DNA of 64,000 nucleotides, from the NCBI GenBank assembly GCA_000004985.1, contig GG738899.1. One strand, 5' to 3'. The notes beneath the pieces are model-generated. The model was not told the DNA's origin. It searched no databases and saw only the letters and a program-made list of their open reading frames with translations. This document shows, piece after piece, positions 43,599 to 57,100 of this stretch (positions are counted from its first letter, which is position 1; every line of letters begins with the position of its first letter). The stretch comes from Naegleria gruberi (lineage: Eukaryota). A program made the position numbers and the translations under genes.

Positions 43599-45163
43599 GT
43601 GATTCAACTTATTGTACAGCAGGCACTCCAACTATTCTCAATCCATCTGATCCTGCAAATACAAGAATCATCAGAGTTCAACCAATTAAGGGATCTTGTA
43701 ATTCTCAAAAATTCGTTTATGGTATCAAATCTGATTCTGATTCAACAACTGCCACAGCTATTGTTACAGTTTCTTATACCAAATGTACATGTTCTTTGAA
43801 TATGGATATTGTATTTGTTTTGGATGGTAGTTCATCTATTGATGCAGGAAATTGGATTAACATGCAAAACTTTGCATCCAATTTAACTGTTGGATTTGGT
43901 TCAAACATTTCACCAACTGCCACCAAGATTGGTATCATTCAATTCTCTACAACAACTGTAACTCACTTGGATTTGAAAGATGGTACTTCCAAGACAGCTG
44001 TTCTTAATGCCATTTCATCAGCTGGTCAACTCAAATCCAGTACCAACTCAATTTTAGGTATTAACAATGCTGTTTCAATGGTTTTAAGTCAAGGTAGAAA
44101 GGATATCACTAGAAAACTCTTAATTCACATTACAGATGGTATGTCCAATTTACCTTGTGGTATGGGAGCTTGTCGTGCCATGTATGGTAGTGATAAGTCA
44201 TTATATGGATCTGTTCCTAATTATTGTAAATCACCTCGTTTCCCAGGTACTGATGCAACAATATGCTCATGGAATGAGCCACTCAGTAGATGTAATCCTT
44301 GTTCTGATGCTACTCTTAGATCAACTGATTTGAATTCTTGGACAGTTGGAGGTGCTTCAAATCCAGAAAAATCAACTTATGGATCTATTTGGAATTGGAG
44401 ACAATTAGTTGTAGGTATTGGTGATGGTTTGAGTTCAGGGTATGGACAACTTCAAATTCAAAAGATGAATTACGATCCAAACAATTTAATTGTTGTCGAT
44501 TGGTCTGATTTGAGCTCTGTTTATCAAACTGTTATTGATAATAGTTGTAATCTTGTCGATTCCACTCAAACCAACGTTCTTGTTCCACTTTCAAGTTCTG
44601 GATATTCTATTCAATATCTTGGAAAGACATTGTCCAAATCAAGTTACCTTAATTATGAAGCAACCATTTCAACATTCACTTATCGTGTTAGTGTCTCTTC
44701 ATCAGCACCTGCTTTACAAAGATTTACCTTAGGATTACAACCTGGTTACAATCAAGATAACTTTGTAAATTATGATCCATACTTCCCAGTTTTCATTGGT
44801 CAAGACACTACCACTAATTTGAATGGTTTCACTTTCTTATCACTTCCAAATTCATATACAATTGCAGCTGGTTCATCAGATACCTATACATTGAGTATTG
44901 CTGGTGATATTCCTGAAGGTGTTATTACTTATGGTATGTCGGGTGGTTCACAATACACACAAGGAACTGTTAAGGGACCAAGTGGAGTGATCAACTCAAC
45001 CACAGTTGCTCTTCCACCAAATATTAATTACGGTGATGATTCAAGTTATAGAACTACCTATTGTTCCTCAACCAAATGTTATTTCTTTACCAAGATGAAT
45101 TATGCCTATCGTATTGAAGCAATGAGTAAGATTTGTAAATATTGGTCTGCCAATGCAACACTA
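43599..45163 (+). CDS. 3'-partial second copy (paralogue or haplotig) of the giant adhesin gene covering the last cadherin-like repeat, vWA and most of the CTLD. It has no 5' part (gap) and no stop (runs into the next gap).
   Basis: 1,565 nt co-linear with 27554..29118 at >99.8% identity. I see only 3 substitutions (aag>aaa, gaa>gag, tct>tca), all synonymous in the adhesin frame. Confidence 0.6.
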
Positions 45164-48100
45164 NNNNNNNNNNNNNNNNNNNNNNNNNNNNNNNNNNNNN
45201 NNNNNNNNNNNNNNNNNNNNNNNNNNNNNNNNNNNNNNNNNNNNNNNNNNNNNNNNNNNNNNNNNNNNNNNNNNNNNNNNNNNNNNNNNNNNNNNNNNNN
45301 NNNNNNNNNNNNNNNNNNNNNNNNNNNNNNNNNNNNNNNNNNNNNNNNNNNNNNNNNNNNNNNNNNNNNNNNNNNNNNNNNNNNNNNNNNNNNNNNNNNN
45401 NNNNNNNNNNNNNNNNNNNNNNNNNNNNNNNNNNNNNNNNNNNNNNNNNNNNNNNNNNNNNNNNNNNNNNNNNNNNNNNNNNNNNNNNNNNNNNNNNNNN
45501 NNNNNNNNNNNNNNNNNNNNNNNNNNNNNNNNNNNNNNNNNNNNNNNNNNNNNNNNNNNNNNNNNNNNNNNNNNNNNNNNNNNNNNNNNNNNNNNNNNNN
45601 NNNNNNNNNNNNNNNNNNNNNNNNNNNNNNNNNNNNNNNNNNNNNNNNNNNNNNNNNNNNNNNNNNNNNNNNNNNNNNNNNNNNNNNNNNNNNNNNNNNN
45701 NNNNNNNNNNNNNNNNNNNNNNNNNNNNNNNNNNNNNNNNNNNNNNNNNNNNNNNNNNNNNNNNNNNNNNNNNNNNNNNNNNNNNNNNNNNNNNNNNNNN
45801 NNNNNNNNNNNNNNNNNNNNNNNNNNNNNNNNNNNNNNNNNNNNNNNNNNNNNNNNNNNNNNNNNNNNNNNNNNNNNNNNNNNNNNNNNNNNNNNNNNNN
45901 NNNNNNNNNNNNNNNNNNNNNNNNNNNNNNNNNNNNNNNNNNNNNNNNNNNNNNNNNNNNNNNNNNNNNNNNNNNNNNNNNNNNNNNNNNNNNNNNNNNN
46001 NNNNNNNNNNNNNNNNNNNNNNNNNNNNNNNNNNNNNNNNNNNNNNNNNNNNNNNNNNNNNNNNNNNNNNNNNNNNNNNNNNNNNNNNNNNNNNNNNNNN
46101 NNNNNNNNNNNNNNNNNNNNNNNNNNNNNNNNNNNNNNNNNNNNNNNNNNNNNNNNNNNNNNNNNNNNNNNNNNNNNNNNNNNNNNNNNNNNNNNNNNNN
46201 NNNNNNNNNNNNNNNNNNNNNNNNNNNNNNNNNNNNNNNNNNNNNNNNNNNNNNNNNNNNNNNNNNNNNNNNNNNNNNNNNNNNNNNNNNNNNNNNNNNN
46301 NNNNNNNNNNNNNNNNNNNNNNNNNNNNNNNNNNNNNNNNNNNNNNNNNNNNNNNNNNNNNNNNNNNNNNNNNNNNNNNNNNNNNNNNNNNNNNNNNNNN
46401 NNNNNNNNNNNNNNNNNNNNNNNNNNNNNNNNNNNNNNNNNNNNNNNNNNNNNNNNNNNNNNNNNNNNNNNNNNNNNNNNNNNNNNNNNNNNNNNNNNNN
46501 NNNNNNNNNNNNNNNNNNNNNNNNNNNNNNNNNNNNNNNNNNNNNNNNNNNNNNNNNNNNNNNNNNNNNNNNNNNNNNNNNNNNNNNNNNNNNNNNNNNN
46601 NNNNNNNNNNNNNNNNNNNNNNNNNNNNNNNNNNNNNNNNNNNNNNNNNNNNNNNNNNNNNNNNNNNNNNNNNNNNNNNNNNNNNNNNNNNNNNNNNNNN
46701 NNNNNNNNNNNNNNNNNNNNNNNNNNNNNNNNNNNNNNNNNNNNNNNNNNNNNNNNNNNNNNNNNNNNNNNNNNNNNNNNNNNNNNNNNNNNNNNNNNNN
46801 NNNNNNNNNNNNNNNNNNNNNNNNNNNNNNNNNNNNNNNNNNNNNNNNNNNNNNNNNNNNNNNNNNNNNNNNNNNNNNNNNNNNNNNNNNNNNNNNNNNN
46901 NNNNNNNNNNNNNNNNNNNNNNNNNNNNNNNNNNNNNNNNNNNNNNNNNNNNNNNNNNNNNNNNNNNNNNNNNNNNNNNNNNNNNNNNNNNNNNNNNNNN
47001 NNNNNNNNNNNNNNNNNNNNNNNNNNNNNNNNNNNNNNNNNNNNNNNNNNNNNNNNNNNNNNNNNNNNNNNNNNNNNNNNNNNNNNNNNNNNNNNNNNNN
47101 NNNNNNNNNNNNNNNNNNNNNNNNNNNNNNNNNNNNNNNNNNNNNNNNNNNNNNNNNNNNNNNNNNNNNNNNNNNNNNNNNNNNNNNNNNNNNNNNNNNN
47201 NNNNNNNNNNNNNNNNNNNNNNNNNNNNNNNNNNNNNNNNNNNNNNNNNNNNNNNNNNNNNNNNNNNNNNNNNNNNNNNNNNNNNNNNNNNNNNNNNNNN
47301 NNNNNNNNNNNNNNNNNNNNNNNNNNNNNNNNNNNNNNNNNNNNNNNNNNNNNNNNNNNNNNNNNNNNNNNNNNNNNNNNNNNNNNNNNNNNNNNNNNNN
47401 NNNNNNNNNNNNNNNNNNNNNNNNNNNNNNNNNNNNNNNNNNNNNNNNNNNNNNNNNNNNNNNNNNNNNNNNNNNNNNNNNNNNNNNNNNNNNNNNNNNN
47501 NNNNNNNNNNNNNNNNNNNNNNNNNNNNNNNNNNNNNNNNNNNNNNNNNNNNNNNNNNNNNNNNNNNNNNNNNNNNNNNNNNNNNNNNNNNNNNNNNNNN
47601 NNNNNNNNNNNNNNNNNNNNNNNNNNNNNNNNNNNNNNNNNNNNNNNNNNNNNNNNNNNNNNNNNNNNNNNNNNNNNNNNNNNNNNNNNNNNNNNNNNNN
47701 NNNNNNNNNNNNNNNNNNNNNNNNNNNNNNNNNNNNNNNNNNNNNNNNNNNNNNNNNNNNNNNNNNNNNNNNNNNNNNNNNNNNNNNNNNNNNNNNNNNN
47801 NNNNNNNNNNNNNNNNNNNNNNNNNNNNNNNNNNNNNNNNNNNNNNNNNNNNNNNNNNNNNNNNNNNNNNNNNNNNNNNNNNNNNNNNNNNNNNNNNNNN
47901 NNNNNNNNNNNNNNNNNNNNNNNNNNNNNNNNNNNNNNNNNNNNNNNNNNNNNNNNNNNNNNNNNNNNNNNNNNNNNNNNNNNNNNNNNNNNNNNNNNNN
48001 NNNNNNNNNNNNNNNNNNNNNNNNNNNNNNNNNNNNNNNNNNNNNNNNNNNNNNNNNNNNNNNNNNNNNNNNNNNNNNNNNNNNNNNNNNNNNNNNNNNN

Positions 48101-51100
48101 NNNNNNNNNNNNNNNNNNNNNNNNNNNNNNNNNNNNNNNNNNNNNNNNNNNNNNNNNNNNNNNNNNNNNNNNNNNNNNNNNNNNNNNNNNNNNNNNNNNN
48201 NNNNNNNNNNNNNNNNNNNNNNNNNNNNNNNNNNNNNNNNNNNNNNNNNNNNNNNNNNNNNNNNNNNNNNNNNNNNNNNNNNNNNNNNNNNNNNNNNNNN
48301 NNNNNNNNNNNNNNNNNNNNNNNNNNNNNNNNNNNNNNNNNNNNNNNNNNNNNNNNNNNNNNNNNNNNNNNNNNNNNNNNNNNNNNNNNNNNNNNNNNNN
48401 NNNNNNNNNNNNNNNNNNNNNNNNNNNNNNNNNNNNNNNNNNNNNNNNNNNNNNNNNNNNNNNNNNNNNNNNNNNNNNNNNNNNNNNNNNNNNNNNNNNN
48501 NNNNNNNNNNNNNNNNNNNNNNNNNNNNNNNNNNNNNNNNNNNNNNNNNNNNNNNNNNNNNNNNNNNNNNNNNNNNNNNNNNNNNNNNNNNNNNNNNNNN
48601 NNNNNNNNNNNNNNNNNNNNNNNNNNNNNNNNNNNNNNNNNNNNNNNNNNNNNNNNNNNNNNNNNNNNNNNNNNNNNNNNNNNNNNNNNNNNNNNNNNNN
48701 NNNNNNNNNNNNNNNNNNNNNNNNNNNNNNNNNNNNNNNNNNNNNNNNNNNNNNNNNNNNNNNNNNNNNNNNNNNNNNNNNNNNNNNNNNNNNNNNNNNN
48801 NNNNNNNNNNNNNNNNNNNNNNNNNNNNNNNNNNNNNNNNNNNNNNNNNNNNNNNNNNNNNNNNNNNNNNNNNNNNNNNNNNNNNNNNNNNNNNNNNNNN
48901 NNNNNNNNNNNNNNNNNNNNNNNNNNNNNNNNNNNNNNNNNNNNNNNNNNNNNNNNNNNNNNNNNNNNNNNNNNNNNNNNNNNNNNNNNNNNNNNNNNNN
49001 NNNNNNNNNNNNNNNNNNNNNNNNNNNNNNNNNNNNNNNNNNNNNNNNNNNNNNNNNNNNNNNNNNNNNNNNNNNNNNNNNNNNNNNNNNNNNNNNNNNN
49101 NNNNNNNNNNNNNNNNNNNNNNNNNNNNNNNNNNNNNNNNNNNNNNNNNNNNNNNNNNNNNNNNNNNNNNNNNNNNNNNNNNNNNNNNNNNNNNNNNNNN
49201 NNNNNNNNNNNNNNNNNNNNNNNNNNNNNNNNNNNNNNNNNNNNNNNNNNNNNNNNNNNNNNNNNNNNNNNNNNNNNNNNNNNNNNNNNNNNNNNNNNNN
49301 NNNNNNNNNNNNNNNNNNNNNNNNNNNNNNNNNNNNNNNNNNNNNNNNNNNNNNNNNNNNNNNNNNNNNNNNNNNNNNNNNNNNNNNNNNNNNNNNNNNN
49401 NNNNNNNNNNNNNNNNNNNNNNNNNNNNNNNNNNNNNNNNNNNNNNNNNNNNNNNNNNNNNNNNNNNNNNNNNNNNNNNNNNNNNNNNNNNNNNNNNNNN
49501 NNNNNNNNNNNNNNNNNNNNNNNNNNNNNNNNNNNNNNNNNNNNNNNNNNNNNNNNNNNNNNNNNNNNNNNNNNNNNNNNNNNNNNNNNNNNNNNNNNNN
49601 NNNNNNNNNNNNNNNNNNNNNNNNNNNNNNNNNNNNNNNNNNNNNNNNNNNNNNNNNNNNNNNNNNNNNNNNNNNNNNNNNNNNNNNNNNNNNNNNNNNN
49701 NNNNNNNNNNNNNNNNNNNNNNNNNNNNNNNNNNNNNNNNNNNNNNNNNNNNNNNNNNNNNNNNNNNNNNNNNNNNNNNNNNNNNNNNNNNNNNNNNNNN
49801 NNNNNNNNNNNNNNNNNNNNNNNNNNNNNNNNNNNNNNNNNNNNNNNNNNNNNNNNNNNNNNNNNNNNNNNNNNNNNNNNNNNNNNNNNNNNNNNNNNNN
49901 NNNNNNNNNNNNNNNNNNNNNNNNNNNNNNNNNNNNNNNNNNNNNNNNNNNNNNNNNNNNNNNNNNNNNNNNNNNNNNNNNNNNNNNNNNNNNNNNNNNN
50001 NNNNNNNNNNNNNNNNNNNNNNNNNNNNNNNNNNNNNNNNNNNNNNNNNNNNNNNNNNNNNNNNNNNNNNNNNNNNNNNNNNNNNNNNNNNNNNNNNNNN
50101 NNNNNNNNNNNNNNNNNNNNNNNNNNNNNNNNNNNNNNNNNNNNNNNNNNNNNNNNNNNNNNNNNNNNNNNNNNNNNNNNNNNNNNNNNNNNNNNNNNNN
50201 NNNNNNNNNNNNNNNNNNNNNNNNNNNNNNNNNNNNNNNNNNNNNNNNNNNNNNNNNNNNNNNNNNNNNNNNNNNNNNNNNNNNNNNNNNNNNNNNNNNN
50301 NNNNNNNNNNNNNNNNNNNNNNNNNNNNNNNNNNNNNNNNNNNNNNNNNNNNNNNNNNNNNNNNNNNNNNNNNNNNNNNNNNNNNNNNNNNNNNNNNNNN
50401 NNNNNNNNNNNNNNNNNNNNNNNNNNNNNNNNNNNNNNNNNNNNNNNNNNNNNNNNNNNNNNNNNNNNNNNNNNNNNNNNNNNNNNNNNNNNNNNNNNNN
50501 NNNNNNNNNNNNNNNNNNNNNNNNNNNNNNNNNNNNNNNNNNNNNNNNNNNNNNNNNNNNNNNNNNNNNNNNNNNNNNNNNNNNNNNNNNNNNNNNNNNN
50601 NNNNNNNNNNNNNNNNNNNNNNNNNNNNNNNNNNNNNNNNNNNNNNNNNNNNNNNNNNNNNNNNNNNNNNNNNNNNNNNNNNNNNNNNNNNNNNNNNNNN
50701 NNNNNNNNNNNNNNNNNNNNNNNNNNNNNNNNNNNNNNNNNNNNNNNNNNNNNNNNNNNNNNNNNNNNNNNNNNNNNNNNNNNNNNNNNNNNNNNNNNNN
50801 NNNNNNNNNNNNNNNNNNNNNNNNNNNNNNNNNNNNNNNNNNNNNNNNNNNNNNNNNNNNNNNNNNNNNNNNNNNNNNNNNNNNNNNNNNNNNNNNNNNN
50901 NNNNNNNNNNNNNNNNNNNNNNNNNNNNNNNNNNNNNNNNNNNNNNNNNNNNNNNNNNNNNNNNNNNNNNNNNNNNNNNNNNNNNNNNNNNNNNNNNNNN
51001 NNNNNNNNNNNNNNNNNNNNNNNNNNNNNNNNNNNNNNNNNNNNNNNNNNNNNNNNNNNNNNNNNNNNNNNNNNNNNNNNNNNNNNNNNNNNNNNNNNNN

Positions 51101-54100
51101 NNNNNNNNNNNNNNNNNNNNNNNNNNNNNNNNNNNNNNNNNNNNNNNNNNNNNNNNNNNNNNNNNNNNNNNNNNNNNNNNNNNNNNNNNNNNNNNNNNNN
51201 NNNNNNNNNNNNNNNNNNNNNNNNNNNNNNNNNNNNNNNNNNNNNNNNNNNNNNNNNNNNNNNNNNNNNNNNNNNNNNNNNNNNNNNNNNNNNNNNNNNN
51301 NNNNNNNNNNNNNNNNNNNNNNNNNNNNNNNNNNNNNNNNNNNNNNNNNNNNNNNNNNNNNNNNNNNNNNNNNNNNNNNNNNNNNNNNNNNNNNNNNNNN
51401 NNNNNNNNNNNNNNNNNNNNNNNNNNNNNNNNNNNNNNNNNNNNNNNNNNNNNNNNNNNNNNNNNNNNNNNNNNNNNNNNNNNNNNNNNNNNNNNNNNNN
51501 NNNNNNNNNNNNNNNNNNNNNNNNNNNNNNNNNNNNNNNNNNNNNNNNNNNNNNNNNNNNNNNNNNNNNNNNNNNNNNNNNNNNNNNNNNNNNNNNNNNN
51601 NNNNNNNNNNNNNNNNNNNNNNNNNNNNNNNNNNNNNNNNNNNNNNNNNNNNNNNNNNNNNNNNNNNNNNNNNNNNNNNNNNNNNNNNNNNNNNNNNNNN
51701 NNNNNNNNNNNNNNNNNNNNNNNNNNNNNNNNNNNNNNNNNNNNNNNNNNNNNNNNNNNNNNNNNNNNNNNNNNNNNNNNNNNNNNNNNNNNNNNNNNNN
51801 NNNNNNNNNNNNNNNNNNNNNNNNNNNNNNNNNNNNNNNNNNNNNNNNNNNNNNNNNNNNNNNNNNNNNNNNNNNNNNNNNNNNNNNNNNNNNNNNNNNN
51901 NNNNNNNNNNNNNNNNNNNNNNNNNNNNNNNNNNNNNNNNNNNNNNNNNNNNNNNNNNNNNNNNNNNNNNNNNNNNNNNNNNNNNNNNNNNNNNNNNNNN
52001 NNNNNNNNNNNNNNNNNNNNNNNNNNNNNNNNNNNNNNNNNNNNNNNNNNNNNNNNNNNNNNNNNNNNNNNNNNNNNNNNNNNNNNNNNNNNNNNNNNNN
52101 NNNNNNNNNNNNNNNNNNNNNNNNNNNNNNNNNNNNNNNNNNNNNNNNNNNNNNNNNNNNNNNNNNNNNNNNNNNNNNNNNNNNNNNNNNNNNNNNNNNN
52201 NNNNNNNNNNNNNNNNNNNNNNNNNNNNNNNNNNNNNNNNNNNNNNNNNNNNNNNNNNNNNNNNNNNNNNNNNNNNNNNNNNNNNNNNNNNNNNNNNNNN
52301 NNNNNNNNNNNNNNNNNNNNNNNNNNNNNNNNNNNNNNNNNNNNNNNNNNNNNNNNNNNNNNNNNNNNNNNNNNNNNNNNNNNNNNNNNNNNNNNNNNNN
52401 NNNNNNNNNNNNNNNNNNNNNNNNNNNNNNNNNNNNNNNNNNNNNNNNNNNNNNNNNNNNNNNNNNNNNNNNNNNNNNNNNNNNNNNNNNNNNNNNNNNN
52501 NNNNNNNNNNNNNNNNNNNNNNNNNNNNNNNNNNNNNNNNNNNNNNNNNNNNNNNNNNNNNNNNNNNNNNNNNNNNNNNNNNNNNNNNNNNNNNNNNNNN
52601 NNNNNNNNNNNNNNNNNNNNNNNNNNNNNNNNNNNNNNNNNNNNNNNNNNNNNNNNNNNNNNNNNNNNNNNNNNNNNNNNNNNNNNNNNNNNNNNNNNNN
52701 NNNNNNNNNNNNNNNNNNNNNNNNNNNNNNNNNNNNNNNNNNNNNNNNNNNNNNNNNNNNNNNNNNNNNNNNNNNNNNNNNNNNNNNNNNNNNNNNNNNN
52801 NNNNNNNNNNNNNNNNNNNNNNNNNNNNNNNNNNNNNNNNNNNNNNNNNNNNNNNNNNNNNNNNNNNNNNNNNNNNNNNNNNNNNNNNNNNNNNNNNNNN
52901 NNNNNNNNNNNNNNNNNNNNNNNNNNNNNNNNNNNNNNNNNNNNNNNNNNNNNNNNNNNNNNNNNNNNNNNNNNNNNNNNNNNNNNNNNNNNNNNNNNNN
53001 NNNNNNNNNNNNNNNNNNNNNNNNNNNNNNNNNNNNNNNNNNNNNNNNNNNNNNNNNNNNNNNNNNNNNNNNNNNNNNNNNNNNNNNNNNNNNNNNNNNN
53101 NNNNNNNNNNNNNNNNNNNNNNNNNNNNNNNNNNNNNNNNNNNNNNNNNNNNNNNNNNNNNNNNNNNNNNNNNNNNNNNNNNNNNNNNNNNNNNNNNNNN
53201 NNNNNNNNNNNNNNNNNNNNNNNNNNNNNNNNNNNNNNNNNNNNNNNNNNNNNNNNNNNNNNNNNNNNNNNNNNNNNNNNNNNNNNNNNNNNNNNNNNNN
53301 NNNNNNNNNNNNNNNNNNNNNNNNNNNNNNNNNNNNNNNNNNNNNNNNNNNNNNNNNNNNNNNNNNNNNNNNNNNNNNNNNNNNNNNNNNNNNNNNNNNN
53401 NNNNNNNNNNNNNNNNNNNNNNNNNNNNNNNNNNNNNNNNNNNNNNNNNNNNNNNNNNNNNNNNNNNNNNNNNNNNNNNNNNNNNNNNNNNNNNNNNNNN
53501 NNNNNNNNNNNNNNNNNNNNNNNNNNNNNNNNNNNNNNNNNNNNNNNNNNNNNNNNNNNNNNNNNNNNNNNNNNNNNNNNNNNNNNNNNNNNNNNNNNNN
53601 NNNNNNNNNNNNNNNNNNNNNNNNNNNNNNNNNNNNNNNNNNNNNNNNNNNNNNNNNNNNNNNNNNNNNNNNNNNNNNNNNNNNNNNNNNNNNNNNNNNN
53701 NNNNNNNNNNNNNNNNNNNNNNNNNNNNNNNNNNNNNNNNNNNNNNNNNNNNNNNNNNNNNNNNNNNNNNNNNNNNNNNNNNNNNNNNNNNNNNNNNNNN
53801 NNNNNNNNNNNNNNNNNNNNNNNNNNNNNNNNNNNNNNNNNNNNNNNNNNNNNNNNNNNNNNNNNNNNNNNNNNNNNNNNNNNNNNNNNNNNNNNNNNNN
53901 NNNNNNNNNNNNNNNNNNNNNNNNNNNNNNNNNNNNNNNNNNNNNNNNNNNNNNNNNNNNNNNNNNNNNNNNNNNNNNNNNNNNNNNNNNNNNNNNNNNN
54001 NNNNNNNNNNNNNNNNNNNNNNNNNNNNNNNNNNNNNNNNNNNNNNNNNNNNNNNNNNNNNNNNNNNNNNNNNNNNNNNNNNNNNNNNNNNNNNNNNNNN

Positions 54101-57100
54101 NNNNNNNNNNNNNNNNNNNNNNNNNNNNNNNNNNNNNNNNNNNNNNNNNNNNNNNNNNNNNNNNNNNNNNNNNNNNNNNNNNNNNNNNNNNNNNNNNNNN
54201 NNNNNNNNNNNNNNNNNNNNNNNNNNNNNNNNNNNNNNNNNNNNNNNNNNNNNNNNNNNNNNNNNNNNNNNNNNNNNNNNNNNNNNNNNNNNNNNNNNNN
54301 NNNNNNNNNNNNNNNNNNNNNNNNNNNNNNNNNNNNNNNNNNNNNNNNNNNNNNNNNNNNNNNNNNNNNNNNNNNNNNNNNNNNNNNNNNNNNNNNNNNN
54401 NNNNNNNNNNNNNNNNNNNNNNNNNNNNNNNNNNNNNNNNNNNNNNNNNNNNNNNNNNNNNNNNNNNNNNNNNNNNNNNNNNNNNNNNNNNNNNNNNNNN
54501 NNNNNNNNNNNNNNNNNNNNNNNNNNNNNNNNNNNNNNNNNNNNNNNNNNNNNNNNNNNNNNNNNNNNNNNNNNNNNNNNNNNNNNNNNNNNNNNNNNNN
54601 NNNNNNNNNNNNNNNNNNNNNNNNNNNNNNNNNNNNNNNNNNNNNNNNNNNNNNNNNNNNNNNNNNNNNNNNNNNNNNNNNNNNNNNNNNNNNNNNNNNN
54701 NNNNNNNNNNNNNNNNNNNNNNNNNNNNNNNNNNNNNNNNNNNNNNNNNNNNNNNNNNNNNNNNNNNNNNNNNNNNNNNNNNNNNNNNNNNNNNNNNNNN
54801 NNNNNNNNNNNNNNNNNNNNNNNNNNNNNNNNNNNNNNNNNNNNNNNNNNNNNNNNNNNNNNNNNNNNNNNNNNNNNNNNNNNNNNNNNNNNNNNNNNNN
54901 NNNNNNNNNNNNNNNNNNNNNNNNNNNNNNNNNNNNNNNNNNNNNNNNNNNNNNNNNNNNNNNNNNNNNNNNNNNNNNNNNNNNNNNNNNNNNNNNNNNN
55001 NNNNNNNNNNNNNNNNNNNNNNNNNNNNNNNNNNNNNNNNNNNNNNNNNNNNNNNNNNNNNNNNNNNNNNNNNNNNNNNNNNNNNNNNNNNNNNNNNNNN
55101 NNNNNNNNNNNNNNNNNNNNNNNNNNNNNNNNNNNNNNNNNNNNNNNNNNNNNNNNNNNNNNNNNNNNNNNNNNNNNNNNNNNNNNNNNNNNNNNNNNNN
55201 NNNNNNNNNNNNNNNNNNNNNNNNNNNNNNNNNNNNNNNNNNNNNNNNNNNNNNNNNNNNNNNNNNNNNNNNNNNNNNNNNNNNNNNNNNNNNNNNNNNN
55301 NNNNNNNNNNNNNNNNNNNNNNNNNNNNNNNNNNNNNNNNNNNNNNNNNNNNNNNNNNNNNNNNNNNNNNNNNNNNNNNNNNNNNNNNNNNNNNNNNNNN
55401 NNNNNNNNNNNNNNNNNNNNNNNNNNNNNNNNNNNNNNNNNNNNNNNNNNNNNNNNNNNNNNNNNNNNNNNNNNNNNNNNNNNNNNNNNNNNNNNNNNNN
55501 NNNNNNNNNNNNNNNNNNNNNNNNNNNNNNNNNNNNNNNNNNNNNNNNNNNNNNNNNNNNNNNNNNNNNNNNNNNNNNNNNNNNNNNNNNNNNNNNNNNN
55601 NNNNNNNNNNNNNNNNNNNNNNNNNNNNNNNNNNNNNNNNNNNNNNNNNNNNNNNNNNNNNNNNNNNNNNNNNNNNNNNNNNNNNNNNNNNNNNNNNNNN
55701 NNNNNNNNNNNNNNNNNNNNNNNNNNNNNNNNNNNNNNNNNNNNNNNNNNNNNNNNNNNNNNNNNNNNNNNNNNNNNNNNNNNNNNNNNNNNNNNNNNNN
55801 NNNNNNNNNNNNNNNNNNNNNNNNNNNNNNNNNNNNNNNNNNNNNNNNNNNNNNNNNNNNNNNNNNNNNNNNNNNNNNNNNNNNNNNNNNNNNNNNNNNN
55901 NNNNNNNNNNNNNNNNNNNNNNNNNNNNNNNNNNNNNNNNNNNNNNNNNNNNNNNNNNNNNNNNNNNNNNNNNNNNNNNNNNNNNNNNNNNNNNNNNNNN
56001 NNNNNNNNNNNNNNNNNNNNNNNNNNNNNNNNNNNNNNNNNNNNNNNNNNNNNNNNNNNNNNNNNNNNNNNNNNNNNNNNNNNNNNNNNNNNNNNNNNNN
56101 NNNNNNNNNNNNNNNNNNNNNNNNNNNNNNNNNNNNNNNNNNNNNNNNNNNNNNNNNNNNNNNNNNNNNNNNNNNNNNNNNNNNNNNNNNNNNNNNNNNN
56201 NNNNNNNNNNNNNNNNNNNNNNNNNNNNNNNNNNNNNNNNNNNNNNNNNNNNNNNNNNNNNNNNNNNNNNNNNNNNNNNNNNNNNNNNNNNNNNNNNNNN
56301 NNNNNNNNNNNNNNNNNNNNNNNNNNNNNNNNNNNNNNNNNNNNNNNNNNNNNNNNNNNNNNNNNNNNNNNNNNNNNNNNNNNNNNNNNNNNNNNNNNNN
56401 NNNNNNNNNNNNNNNNNNNNNNNNNNNNNNNNNNNNNNNNNNNNNNNNNNNNNNNNNNNNNNNNNNNNNNNNNNNNNNNNNNNNNNNNNNNNNNNNNNNN
56501 NNNNNNNNNNNNNNNNNNNNNNNNNNNNNNNNNNNNNNNNNNNNNNNNNNNNNNNNNNNNNNNNNNNNNNNNNNNNNNNNNNNNNNNNNNNNNNNNNNNN
56601 NNNNNNNNNNNNNNNNNNNNNNNNNNNNNNNNNNNNNNNNNNNNNNNNNNNNNNNNNNNNNNNNNNNNNNNNNNNNNNNNNNNNNNNNNNNNNNNNNNNN
56701 NNNNNNNNNNNNNNNNNNNNNNNNNNNNNNNNNNNNNNNNNNNNNNNNNNNNNNNNNNNNNNNNNNNNNNNNNNNNNNNNNNNNNNNNNNNNNNNNNNNN
56801 NNNNNNNNNNNNNNNNNNNNNNNNNNNNNNNNNNNNNNNNNNNNNNNNNNNNNNNNNNNNNNNNNNNNNNNNNNNNNNNNNNNNNNNNNNNNNNNNNNNN
56901 NNNNNNNNNNNNNNNNNNNNNNNNNNNNNNNNNNNNNNNNNNNNNNNNNNNNNNNNNNNNNNNNNNNNNNNNNNNNNNNNNNNNNNNNNNNNNNNNNNNN
57001 NNNNNNNNNNNNNNNNNNNNNNNNNNNNNNNNNNNNNNNNNNNNNNNNNNNNNNNNNNNNNNNNNNNNNNNNNNNNNNNNNNNNNNNNNNNNNNNNNNNN